Notes under the pieces: model-generated | The model's input: only the letters and a program-made list of their open reading frames with translations | What the model was told of the DNA's origin: nothing | Database searches by the model: none | Position numbers and translations under genes: made by a program | Part shown: positions 1-16,616 of the stretch, piece after piece | Numbering within the stretch: position 1 is the stretch's first letter | Layout: every line of letters starts with the position of its first letter | NCBI GenBank assembly: GCA_002269645.1 | Contig: NIVC01002200.1 | Location: forward strand, 62,001-126,000 | Reading direction: 5' to 3' | DNA: 64,000 nt | Origin: Macrostomum lignano | Lineage: Eukaryota

Positions 1-775
1 TGGATAGCTGATTAGTTACCTGGATAGCTAATTAGTTACCTGGATAGCTGATTAGTTTCCTGGATAGCTAATTAGTTACCTGGATAGCAGCTGATTAGTT
101 ACCTGGATAGCTGATTAGTCACCTGGATAGCTGATTAGTTACCTGGATAGCTGATTAGTTACCTGGATAGCTGATTAGTTACCTGGATAGCTAATTAGTT
201 ACCTGGATAGCTGATTAGTTACCTGGATAGCTGATTAGTCACCTGGATAGCTGATTAGTTACCTGGATAGCTGATTAGTTACCTGGATAGCTGATTAGTT
301 ACCTGGATAGCTGATTAGTTACCTGGATAGCTAATTAGTTACCTGGATAGCTGATTAGTCACCTGGATAGCTGATTAGTTACCTGGATAGCTGATTAGTT
401 ACCTGGATAGCTAATTAGTTACCTGGATAGCTGATTAGTTACCTGGATAGCTGATTAGTTACCTGGATAGCTAATTAGTTACCTGGATAGCTGATTAGTT
501 TCCTGGATAGCTAATTAGTTACCTGGATAGCAGCTGATTAGTTACCTGGATAGCTGATTAGTTACCTGGATAGCTGATTAGTTACCTGGATAGCTGATTA
601 GTTTCCTGGATAGCTAATTAGTTACCTGGATAGCAGCTGATTAGTTACCTGGATAGGTGATTAGTTACCTGGATAGCTGATTAGTTTCCTGGATAGCTGA
701 TTAGTTACCTGGATAGCTGATTAGTTACCTGGATAGCTGATTAGTTTCCTGGATAGCTAATTAGTTAGCTAGCTA
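1..775. repeat. 20-nt tandem minisatellite (tggatagctgattagttacc)n
   Basis: Unit read directly with 20-nt periodicity and occasional +3 'cag' variants; runs off the window start. Confidence 0.95.
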
Positions 776-1444
776 GATAATTGGTGACTGCATATTATTT
801 TCAGTATATTTACAAGCAATAGTATGAGTATGTAGTTGAGACATTTTATCCCAGAAATGATGAATGCTATAGGTACAATTTTTGTCACTTAATGTGTACG
901 TACCTAAATAATGATTTTTATTGATTGTCAGTATGGTGTAGTTTTTATATATTATTATTCGAGTTAATCATTATAACAAATATTTTAAATACATTGATTA
1001 TTGCCATAGTGTTTTACTGTCAGTCATTATATGCTAATATGATTTTATGCACTGTTATAACAATAATTATTTTATTCGTCCATTTCACTCACTTGTCTGT
1101 TACTGTATTTTTGTACACAAATTTGGCTTATCTTTTCTGGCAATATTTTTGTTGGCTTTTTCTTTAATGCTTCGAATTACCTAATCGACCCGGTTTGTTT
1201 TATTTTTAAGTATAAATTGCTCGAATATCCATTTGTTTATTCTGATCTGACTGAAGTTTGGCATTCTTGCTTTTGGATCGTTTTGTTTATTTGTACTTTT
1301 AGGCAGCATAGTCATTAGCTGCATAGTGAGCCCTTGGCTGATTCAGCGGCAGTATTGACGGGACTCCTGAGCACATGCAAGCGCGCCAATACTGTACACA
1401 GGCAGGCACTCATGCACACGCTCACACAGGGTGTACAAGCCTTG

Positions 1445-1515
1445 AATGCATTTTTGTGCAAGGAATCGAACCAGGGACCCGGGTGCAAGAGTCAGACGCT
1501 GCTCTGGCCCTGTGT
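1445..1515 (-). other. tRNA-derived / SINE-like fragment with pol III B-box
   Basis: Minus strand reads gcagcgtctgactcttgcacccgggtccctGGTTCGATTCCttgcacaaaaat: a B-box consensus preceded by an anticodon-arm-like gcgtctgactc. No complete cloverleaf. Confidence 0.35.
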
Positions 1516-1821
1516 AGACACTTTAAACATGTTTGAGACGCCTTGAATATTGTTCAGACACTTAAAGTACATTAAGACACTTTACCTGCATAGCAAAATG
1601 ATGTATCCAATATTTTTTGGTTGCAGGAACGTCCTTGAGACATCCAATTTATTTATTAATAAAATTACGTATTGGATACGCAATTTTGCTATCAGGGTTA
1701 GACATTTTTGAGACATTTTGAGCACATCTATCAGTATTTTACACTTTACACTTTAAACATGTGAGACATTTTTGGACATCTGAAATGATTCGGACATATT
1801 TGAGACACTCTAGGGCTAGGC

Positions 1822-2096
1822 CATGAAAGAATAGAATGGAGTGCAAGCAAGTTATTTTATCTCGCTCGATTTTCGCTTTTATTGGCTCGTGACTGCCATA
1901 GACAAAGTATTTTTCGTCTCGTTTTCGCTTTCGTTCCCCTCTAAAAGGTCTGTCCCAGCATAGTTCGAGCTCGCATCAAAATATGCTTTCAGCCAATAGG
2001 AAAGAACGGGGGGGGAAAGGGATGTTAAAAGCGAAAATCGAGCGAGATAAAAATAACTTGCTCAGATTAGCACTCGATTCTATTCTTTCCTCCATG
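1822..2096. mobile_element. MITE (non-autonomous DNA transposon, P- or hAT-like)
   Basis: ~60-70-nt imperfect terminal inverted repeats (CATG..GAAAGAATAGAAT.GAGTGC..AGCAAGTTATTTT(T)ATCTCGCTCGATTTTCGCTTTTA) and an 8-bp direct repeat GGCTAGGC at 1814-1821 and 2097-2104. Confidence 0.8.
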
Positions 2097-2814
2097 GGCT
2101 AGGCACATTTGAGACTGTTTTGGAACATTTTAGACTTTCTATGTAGTTACCTTGTGGTAGTCACCATAGTTGTTGGAATTGGCTTATTATTATTGTGCTT
2201 CTTATAAAATTAATAAGTTAAAGGCAAGTATAGTTAGACAGTACAAGTTAGAACTGGCTACCACTTTTAGATACTTAATTAAATTTATTGTCTAACATCC
2301 TCATTCGTGTGTGGGGTGGTTGACAGCGGTAGAATTTCTCTTGATACCAGCGTGTACACTTGTAGCACTTGTGTGCCTGTTCTTAACCAAATTTGGCCCT
2401 GCCAAAGACCAGAGACTTTCATAGATATAATCTGGATTGTGGGGTTTATTAAACTAGCTATAGAATCCTTAGCCTTGTCATTAGACACTGTACTAGTGTA
2501 CTATGTTGTGCTTTTGTAGCCTTATCTGCACAAGTTTGCTCAGCCAGTGTGTTTGCTCAAGTGGGGAGCGAGCGAGTAAAGTGTGTAAACAGGGTGCGTT
2601 ATCTATGACCGTTTTCCGTTTACTCATCTATCTCGACTCACGTGTATTAACTTTAATTAAAGTGCAACTTCAATACCTTGCTATTTGCTAACCTAAGCTT
2701 CAGTTTAACTCATTGGTTTATGTATACCTCTGTAGTATTCAGTTTAGAGAGGCGATTATTCCATTGCATAATCATTGCATCTGTTGGTTATCAGAACTTG
2801 AGTGATACCCAATA

Positions 2815-3235
2815 GGTAGATAATCTCAGTAGGTAGATCATCCAGTAGGTAGATAATTCAGTGGGTAGATAATTCAGTGGGTAGATAATTCAGTTAATAG
2901 ATAATTCAGTAGGTAGATGGTACAAAGGTAGATAATCCAGCAGGTAGATAATCCAGCAGGTAGATTATCCAGCAGGTAGATCATCCAGTAGGTAGATAAT
3001 TCAGTGGGTAGATAATTCAGTGGGTAGATAATTCAGTAAATAGATAATTCAGTAGGTAGATGGTACAAAGGTAGATAATCCAGCAGGTAGATCATCCAGT
3101 AGGTAGATAATTCAGTGGGTAGATAATCCAGTGGGTAGATAATTCAGTTAATAGATAATTCAGTAGGTAGATGGTACAAAGGTAGATAATCCAGCAGGTA
3201 GATGGTACAAAGGTAGATAATCCAGCAAGTAGATG
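2815..3235. repeat. Degenerate ~18-nt minisatellite (ggtagataatt/ccag..)
   Basis: Repeated ggtagataat cores just upstream of XPA. Confidence 0.85.
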
Positions 3236-3303
3236 ATACAGAAGAGAAATACACAAACTACTATTAGTAGTAGATACAAAATGGGCAAATCTCCACTTCA
3301 CTC

Positions 3304-5883
3304 ATGCCGCTAACCCAAGAGCAGCTGGCCCGCAGCGAGCGCAACCGCCAGGCTGCCCTCCTGCTGCGCCAGTCGAAGCAGCGCCTGCGCGACCTGCAGG
3401 ACAAATCCGTTGTCGCCCCATCCGCCTCCACAGGCGCAGCCTCCAACGCCGCGCCAGTAGCCGTCGCCGTCGGTTTCGGCGGTGTCGGTGCCGCGGCGAC
3501 TGACTCTTGTGGCGGCTTCATCTACGAGGAGGACGGCAGCGGCGGCGGCAAGCGAGGAAACCAGCAAAAGCCTCGTCGTCTCGTTGTCGAACCCGGACCG
3601 CTGATCGACCCGAACGAGCTGGTGTGCGCCGACTGCGACCTGCCGTTTAATTCGTCGTTTCTCTACGACAGATTTGACGTTGCCGTGTGCGACGCCTGCT
3701 ACGAGACGCAGCGTGAGGATGCGTATGGCCTGTTGGCTCGCAGCGACGCCAAGTCGCGCTACCTGTTGAAGGACGGCGATTTGGACAGGCGAGAGCCGCC
3801 GTTGCGCTGCCTGCTCAGGCGGAACCCGCACAATCCCAGGGGTGGCGACATGCGCCTGTATTTGGAGGCTCAGGTAGGTGCCGGGTTAGGTTAATTAGTG
3901 GCCTGTCGTATTAGTTAAATAATCTAGATAAGAAAAATTATCTCTAGATAATCCATCAGTAGCTAGATAATCCATCAGTAGCTAGATAATCCATCAGTAG
4001 CTAGATAATCCATCAGTAGCTAGATAATCCATCAGTAGCTAGATAATCCATCAGTAGCTAGATAATCCATCAGTAGCTAGATAATCCATCAGTAGCTAGA
4101 TAATCCATCAGTAGCTAGATAATCCATCAGTAGCTAGATAATCCATCAGTAGCTAGATAATCCATCAGTAGCTAGATAATCCATCAGTAGCTAGATAATC
4201 CATCAGTAGATAGATAATCCATCAGTAGCTAGATAATCCATCAGTAGCTAGATAACCCATCAGTAGTTAGATAATCCATCAGTAGCTAGATAATCCATCA
4301 GCAGCTAGATAATCCACCAGCAGGTAGATAATCCATCAGTAGCTAGATTATCCATCAGTAGCTAGATAATCCACCAGTAGCTAGATAATCCATCAGTAGC
4401 TAGATAATCCATCAGTAGTTAGATAAATTCATCGGTAGTTAGATAATTCATCGGTAGTTAGATAATCCATCAGCAGCTAGATAATCCATCAGCAGCTAGA
4501 TAATCCACCAGCAGCTAGATAATCCATCAGTAGCTAGATTATCCATCAGTAGCTAGATAATCCATCAGTATCTAGATAATCCATCAGTATCTAGATAATC
4601 CATCAGTAGCTAGATAATCCATCAGTAGTTAGATAAATTCATCGGTAGTTAGATAATTCATCGGTAGTTAGATAATCCATCAGTAGCTAGATAATCCATC
4701 AGCAGCTAGATAATCCACCAGCAGGTAGATAATCCATCAGTAGCTAGATAATCCACCAGTAGCTAGATTATCCATCAGTAGCTAGATAATCCATCAGTAG
4801 CTAGATAATCCATCAGTAGCTAGATAATCCATCAGTATCTAGATAATCCGTCAGTATTTAGACAATCCATCAGTAGCTAGATAATCCATCAGTAGCTAGA
4901 TAATCCATCAGTAGCTAGATAATCCATCAGTAGCTAGATTATCCATCAGTAGCTAGATAATCCATCAGTAGCTAGATAATCTATCAGTAGCTAGATAATC
5001 CATCAGTAGCTAGATAATCCACCAGTAGCTAGATTATCCATCAGTAGCTAGATAATCCATCAGTAGCTAGATAATCCATCAGTAGTTAGATAAATTCATC
5101 GGTAGTTAGATAATTCATCGGTAGTTAGATAATCCATCAGTAGCTAGATAATCCATCAGCAGCTAGATAATCCACCAGCAGGTAGATAATCCATCAGTAG
5201 CTAGATTATCCATCAGTAGCTAGATAATCCACCAGTAGCTAGATTATCCATCAGTAGCTAGATAATCCATCAGTAGCTAGATAATCCATCAGTAGCTAGA
5301 TAATCCATCAGTATCTAGATAATCCATCAGTATCTAGATAATCCATCAGTATCTAGATAATCCATCAGTAGCTAGATAATCCACCAGTAGCTAGATAATC
5401 CATCAGTAGCTAGATAATCCACCAGTAGCTAGATAATCCACCAGTAACTAGATAATCCACGTCCACCAGTAGCTAGATAATCCTGTTTCTAGATAAAGGA
5501 CAAAGATAAGCATACAAGTACTTCTGCAGATGGAGATAATCCAGCACATTAGAATACTCTACCCAGCATCTGCCTTCCCCATCATTGTCCAGGTGGCCCA
5601 ACGAGCCCTAGAAGTCTGGGGCTCCGAGGAGGCGCTCAACGCTGAGCACGAGAAGCGCGCCGGCGCCCGCGACCGCGCCAAGAAGCGCCAATTCGATAAG
5701 CGAATGAGCGAGTTGCGGCTGCACGTTCGGTCCAGTCTTGCGCCGAAGCGGCAGTACCGACACGAGCACCGGTTCGGCGACGAGGTCCCTGCGGCCTCCG
5801 CCGGTGTTGACGGGGCCGCCGAGGACGAGTTCTGCCGCACCTGTCTGGACTGCGGCTACCAGCAGACTTTCTGCAAAATGTGA
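3304..5883 (+). CDS. XPA: DNA repair protein XPA (2 exons: 3304-3873, 5593-5883; ~286 aa)
   Basis: C4 zinc finger CADC..FLYDRFDVAVCDAC, then SDAKSRYLLKDGDLDRREPPL, NPHNPRGGDMRLYLEAQ|VAQRALEVWGSEEAL and C-terminal HEHRFG..CLDCGYQQTFCKM. Donor cag|gtaggt at 3873/3874, acceptor ccag|gtg at 5592/5593, phase 0 on both sides. Confidence 0.95.
3945..5485. repeat. 19-nt minisatellite (agctagataatccatcagt)n filling the XPA intron
   Basis: Direct reading of the tandem unit. Confidence 0.95.
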
Positions 5884-6142
5884 CTGAAAATAACTGCATT
5901 TTTTGCTTTCGATTTAATTATTTTACTGTATAATCACTCACTAGCTACTGATAGTAGCTTAGGGGCTTGAATTAAGAAAAAAACAAGGTACTAAATTTAT
6001 CAAATTTGTAAGACTTTTTTCTTGTGTAAAATAAATGAAAATAAATTGTTTCTTTCAATTGCAATAAAAGTATCTATTTCGACTTTTCGTTCTAATATTG
6101 GCCTTCTTTGCTAAAACAGATATTTGAGATTAGTCATTATCC

Positions 6143-9100
6143 ATGGTAAATTTCCCTCTCTTATCAGCACTTCACCCACACTGAGAATCTCCTCTTCACC
6201 CACACTGACCATCTCCTCTTCACCCACACTGAGAATCCCTCTTCACACACACTGAGCATCTCCTCTTCACCCACACTGAGAATCTCCTCTTCACCCACAC
6301 TGAGAATCTCCTCTTCACCCACACTGAGAATCCCCTCTTCACCCACACTGAGAATCTCCTCTTCACCCACACTGAGAATCCCCTCTTCACCCACACTGAG
6401 AATCTCCTCTTCACCCACACGGAGAATCTCCTCTTCACCCACCCACACTGAGAATCTCCTCTTCACCCACACTGAGCATCTCCTCTTCACCCACACTGAG
6501 AATCTCCTCTTCACCCACACTGAGAATCCCCTCTTCACCCACACTGAGAATCTCCTCTTCACCCACACTGAGAATCTCCTCTTCACCCACCCACACTGAG
6601 AATCCCCTCTTCACCCACACTGAGAATCTCCTCTTCACCCACACTGAGCATCTCCTCTTCACCCACACTGAGAATCCCTCTTCACCCACACTGAGAATCC
6701 CCTCTTCACCCACACTGAGCATCCCTCTTCACCCACACTGAGAATCTCCTCTTCACCCACACTGAGAATCTCCTCTTCACCCACCCACACTGAGAATCCC
6801 CTCTTCACCCACACTGAGAATCTCCTCTTCACCCACACTGAGAATCTCCTCTTCACCCACACTGAGAATCCCCTCTTCACCCACACTGAGAATCTCCTCT
6901 TCACCCACATTGAGCATCTCCTCTTCACCCACACTGAGAATCCCCTCTTCACCCACACTGAGAATCCCCTCTTCACCCACACTGAGAATCTCCTCTTCAC
7001 CCACACTGAGAATCTCCTCTTCACCCACCCACACTGAGAATCCCTCTTCACCCACACTGAGAATCCCCTCTTCACCCACACTGAGAATCTCCTCTTCACC
7101 CACCCACACTGAGCATCTCCTCTTCACCCACACTGAGAATCCCCTCTTCACCCACACTGGAAATCGTCTCTAACTTTACTCCAAACCTGCACCCGTCAGG
7201 CCAGAGTCGCCCTTCTGCTCATCGCGGCCCTGTTAGCCCAGGTATCAATCGCCTGCGGCGCGAACCACTCCGCCGCCTCACCACCAGGCCGACTGCCCTT
7301 ACTAATCGTCATATTTGATGGATTCCGTCACGACTACCTCGAACTGTACCGCTCTAGAGGCGTTCAACTGCCAAATTTTGAAGCGTTCGCTAGTCAAGGC
7401 GTTCGAGCTAAACGGGTGAAGAACGTGTACCCTACGGAGACTCTGCCCAATCATCAGAGCCTGGTTACCGGACTCTACTCTGAGAGTCACGGTTTCATTT
7501 TGAACACGTTTGCCGATCCCGAATTGCCAGGCAAATTGTTCTCTGTCTTTGACCAGTCCAGTCTGAATGATCCCGACTGGTCTGCTGGCTGGCCGGAGCC
7601 GTTGTGGGTGACCAATCAGAGGCAGGGCGGCCGATCCGCCGTGGTGCTGTACCCGAATTCCGACCTGCCTTACAACGGCTTTTTGCCCTTTGTACAGGTA
7701 GGAGTTGGTATTAGATAACCTAAAACCTTTATTGGCCAACAAAAAATCATTACACTGGGGAAAGTCAATCTAGTAGATCTAGACAAACCAATCTAGTAGA
7801 TCTAGACAGGCCAGTCTAGCAGATCTAGACAAACCAGTCTAGTAGATCTAGATAGGCCAGTCTAGCAGATCTAGACAGGCCAGTTTAATAGATCTAGACA
7901 AGCCAGTCTACGAGCGTAGTAGATCTAGACAAGCCAATCCTAGACAAGCCAGTCTAGTAGATCTAGACAGGCCAGTCTAGCAGATCTAGACAAGCAATAT
8001 ATGGATCTAGACAAGCTAATCTAGCAGATCTAGATAAACCAATCTAGAAGATCTAGACAAGCCAGTCTATCAGATTTTGACAAGCTAGTCTGGTAGACCT
8101 AGACAAGCCAGTCTGGTAGATCTAGACAAGCTAATCTAGTAGATCTAGACAAGCTAATCTATTTTATCTAGACAAGCTAATCTAGTATATCTAGACAAGT
8201 TAATCTAGTATATCTAGACAAGTTAATCTAGTATATCTAGACAAGCTAATCTAGTATATCTAGACAAGCTAATCTAGTATATCTAGACAGCTAATCTAGT
8301 ATATCTAGAAAAGTTAATCTAGTATATCTAGACAAGTTAATCTAGTATATCTAGACAAGTTAATCTAGTATATCTAGACAAGTTAATCTAGTATATCTAG
8401 ACAAGTTAATCTAGTAGATCTAGACAAGCTAATCTAGTAGATCTAGGCAAGCCAACCCACCCCATCCACTCAACCCAGGTGGACCAGTACGCCACCCTGA
8501 ACAATGGCAGCTCAGTCCGCTATCCGTACAGCCGGCGGGTGAGTCGCATGCTGCACTGGCTGGGCCAGCCGCAGCTGTACGGCATTAATCTGGGCCTGTT
8601 GTACTTTGACGAGCCGGATCACACTGCCCACCAGGCTGGCCACCTGAGCGATGATGTTGCCGCCAGGCTAATAGAATTGGACCAACAGCTTGGCCAATTG
8701 ATGACCGGCTTAAAAGAGCTGGGCCTAACTGATCGAATCAATATCGTATTGACAGCCGATCACGGCATGACGACGGGCAATAGTCGAATCTAATTGACTT
8801 GGATCAAATAGTTAATCCGGATTGGTACGTTAATTACTTAGCCGATAAGGCTAATATACACCTGGGCTTAATGCCGAAACCAGGCCGAACTCAAGATATT
8901 ATTAAAGCCGTCTCGGACGCTAAATTGCCCTACCTGCGGGCTAACCTGGCCTCTCACCTGCCCGATTGGATGCACTTTAACGGGTCGCGGCGGACACCGC
9001 CAGTGTATTTGTACGCGGACCCCCCATACGTCATCGTGGTTGGCGGCATACCGCCTGAGCATCCTGCTAAGTTTGGCGTGCACGGCTACGCTAACAATGA

Positions 9101-9527
9101 CACGGATATGTGGCCTCTGTGGCTGGCTAGGGGGCCGGCATTTCAGTCTGGCGGAGTTGAGATTGATCAGCTGATTGAGTCTGTGGATCTTTATCCCCTG
9201 GCTTGCCGACTATTGGGCATCCGAGCTAATCCGAATAATGGCTCCCTAGATCGGATTAGCGCAGTGCTGTCTTCGCCCGACTGGCTATTGGTTGAGCCGA
9301 TACCAACTGGCAATAAGTTTATCGACAAATTTCTCTCAGACCTGTTTGATTGCTGGTTTAATAAATACAGGCCATATACTCCTGCCTTTGTACTTGGTGC
9401 TCTGTGTCTCTTCGTTTTGGCGCTACTGGTTATTGTTAGCTATCTGGCTTGTCAGTGGCGTACGCGATGGCTGAAGCTGCGGATTGATGCTCAATTTTAC
9501 CGCGCTGCTATTAGACTTAACAAGTGA
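6143..9527 (+). CDS. Ectonucleotide pyrophosphatase/phosphodiesterase, ENPP4/5-like, left copy (exons 6143-6145 [ATG only], 7200-7697, 8479-9527) with a 1-nt frameshift at ~8784
   Basis: Signal peptide M|ARVALLLIAALLAQVS; motifs FDGFRHDY, PTETLPNH (catalytic Thr), DEPDHTAH, TADHGM, HGY; C-terminal TM helix. GT-AG phase-0 introns with branch-like ctctaac before 7199. One T is missing versus the right-arm copy (agtcga vs agttcga), giving TAA at 8791-8793. Confidence 0.88.
6168..7160. repeat. 24-nt minisatellite (cacccacactgagaatctcctctt)n in ENPP intron 1
   Basis: Direct reading; source of the spurious WVKRRFSV / SVGEEEIL ORFs. Confidence 0.95.
7770..8450. repeat. ~23-nt TCTAGA-containing minisatellite in ENPP intron 2
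   Basis: Unit tctagacaagctaatctagtaga with variants. Confidence 0.9.
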
Positions 9528-9618
9528 CTAATTCAGTGACTAATTGGCTGCTCTCCTATTAAACAGGAACAGGGAAAGAATTAGAGCGGGGTTGTTGCAG
9601 TCTGTTCTGTTGGTCTTT

Positions 9619-9767
9619 GAGGCGGGGTTGCTACAGTAGCAGTGCGTCCTGCTGCTGCTCTCTTATTGGCTAGGAGGGGAAGGAATTGAGGCGGGGTTGC
9701 TACAGTAGCAGTGTGTCCTGCTGCTGCTCTCTTATTGGCTAGGAGGGGAAGGAATTGAGGCGGGGTT
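9619..9767. repeat. 69-bp minisatellite, part left of the LINE insertion
   Basis: Units start at 9619, 9688 and 9757 (the third is interrupted); unit gaggcggggttgctacagtagcagtgtgtcctgctgctgctctcttattggctaggaggggaaggaatt. Confidence 0.9.
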
Positions 9768-9857
9768 ACTTACTTACTTACTACTGACGGGGGGCGCAGG
9801 CGCCGCGAATAGGCCGCGAGGCCCCTATCGCAACCCCAAGGTAAAAGAGCACAAGGA

Positions 9858-14691
<4,834 letters not shown>

Positions 14692-15434
14692 CTACATGTA
14701 GAGCGTAGAGAAAATCGGAAGCAAAAGAATTGACAGTCTAAGCAGGTTTCCAAAAAGCTGTTGCTTAAAACAGCAATTTTTTACTTTTACGAAAGTTTTT
14801 ATTCTTCGATATTTATCCAATTTTATTTTTAGTTAGCGGCAGTCCGCCGCTGCTTATTTTTGACTGAATCCTTTCTAGCAGGTCTTCTAATAGACAAACA
14901 TCAACTCCCGTATTCCGGTGAACGCAAAGCAATTTTTTGCTTTGATATTTTCTTCTTTTTTAGCCACAGCTCATAGCTATCGATATCTTCGATGCCTTTA
15001 ATTTTTATATTACTCGTACTTCAAGTACTCTTGTATAGATATTCCAGTAGTTAAACAAATCATTTGCGTTGTTTTCTGTTATAATATAATATACGGCTGT
15101 GTTCCAGGTGCCTGCGTGCTGAAAATATATAAGCATATCGTAGTTCAATTTTTTAATTAGCGCGTCATCACACAGAGTGTACACCGGCCCCGACTTTGTG
15201 CACTGGAGAATGTGCACAAGCAACTAGCCGAAGTTTCAAGTTATCCCTATAGTTAATGTACTTTTTCACCAAATCCTCGCACATGTACTATAGACCAGAA
15301 GAAGAGAAGAGTGGATAAGCAGAGAAAAGTCAAACCTTGAGCGGGTCGGATTGCTGTTGTGAAGTGCCGACCCAGGTACACTAGGCAGTTAAGGCATTCA
15401 AATCTGCATGTAACAGATTGCTCGGCTCTTACAG

Positions 15435-16616
15435 TCATCCTCGCCTCGTCGCCACGGCCGCCGCCGCCGTCGTCAAGAAGTCTCGTCGGCAAGCGCCGTC
15501 GTGGCCGCTGCCAGCCTCATCGACGACCCTTTGTCGGCATTCGCTGTCGACGCGTCGAATTCGCCGGCTGTCGATACCGCTAGCGGTCAGCTGGTCTGTC
15601 GTCGAGCTCGGAACCTCGACGTCTGCCTTCGGCCCTGCGCCTTCGACTTGGTCCGGTCGAACATGCGCGACATGTACCGGCGCAGCGCCTGGGGCTGGAG
15701 CGACTCGGCTAAACGCAGAGAGCTGTTCCACCCGAAGGCTTATTTCCTGTTGCTGTTGCCGCTTCCAGAAGAGGCCGCAGGCGTTGCTGACTGCGGCCAG
15801 CAGCAGATTGTCGGGTTGGCCAACTTTCGGTTCGATTTGGAGGATGGCAAACCTGTGCTATATTTGTATGAGATTCAGGTTAGTGCTATGAGATTCAGGC
15901 TAGTGCTATGAGATTCAGGTTAGTGCTATGAGATTCAGGCAAGTGCTATGAGATTCAGGCAAGTGCTATGAGATTCAGGCAAGTGCTATGAGATTCAGGC
16001 AAGTGCTATGAGATTCAGGCAAGTGCTATGAGATTCAGATTAGTGCTATAAGATTCAGGCTAGTGCTATGAGATTCAGGCAAGTGCTATGAGATTCAGGT
16101 AAGTGCTATGAGATTCAGGCTAGTGCTATGAGATTTAAGCAGTTGCTATGAGATTCAGGCAAGTGCTACGATGTCAAACTGTGTTCAGCATTGTTCTATG
16201 AGAGTCAGGCTTTATGCATTCAAGTTTATTTTTGTAACACCGAAATCGAACCCGGGTCTTTCGGCGTCAAATCAACTTCGCTACGTAGGCTTAGTGGGGC
16301 TTTTTAAGTTTCGTTGCAGCTATATTAAAAATAGCAAAAAACTCTATTTTTACTACTATATTGCTGGTAGGTAGCGCCGGACTGTCGCAGGCGCGGCATT
16401 GGCCAACGCCTCCTGGCCTGTCTTCGCCGGGTTGCCACCGGCGCGGGAATGTCCGGCGTGGTGGCCACAGTTTTCAAATTCAATGGCGTTTCGTTGGAAT
16501 TTTTTGCTGCAGCTGGCTTTGAGCAAGAGCAGCCCGCGGCTGCGGCAGATCCCCACTATGCGATTCTGTGGCTTCCCCTGACTCGAGAGACCAATAAAAC
16601 ACGGAAAATAACTTAA
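15435..16616 (+). CDS. NAA40: N-alpha-acetyltransferase 40 (NatD)-like, left copy (exons 15435-15878, 16371-16616; initiator codon not found in the genome)
   Basis: Motifs AASLIDDPLSAF, AFDLVRSNMRDMYRRSAWGWSDSAKRREL, ANFRFDLEDGKPVLYLYEIQ|VAPDCRRRGIGQRLL (GNAT acetyl-CoA motif), ATVFKFN..SLEFF..YAIL. Donor cag|gttagt at 15878, acceptor ggtag|gta at 16370, acceptor ttacag at 15434; all phase 0. Confidence 0.85.
15868..16170. repeat. 20-nt minisatellite derived from the NAA40 exon/intron junction (tatgagattcag|gYWagtgc)
   Basis: The unit contains the last 12 exon nt plus a donor-like hexamer; ~15 copies. Confidence 0.9.
16215..16292 (-). other. Degenerate tRNA-like / SINE-like element in the NAA40 intron
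   Basis: The right-arm homolog (~50899-50960, +) reads gcctacgTAGCGAAGTTGA..ccggGGTTCGATTCCggtgttacaaaaat: A-box-like and B-box motifs, but the anticodon arm is missing. Confidence 0.35.

Noticed and set aside
3310-3831. Antisense and alternative-frame ORFs over XPA, the coiled-coil gene, the LINE and pol
   Set aside because: Expected shadows of GC-rich coding sequence; no recognisable motifs.
9768-9782. Link between the LINE (TAAG)n tail and the Gypsy TSD TAAG
   Set aside because: A 4-nt coincidence between unrelated mechanisms; the TAAG target is native NAA40 sequence in the empty arm.
16215-16292. Functional tRNA gene
   Set aside because: No anticodon arm, and the acceptor stem does not pair.
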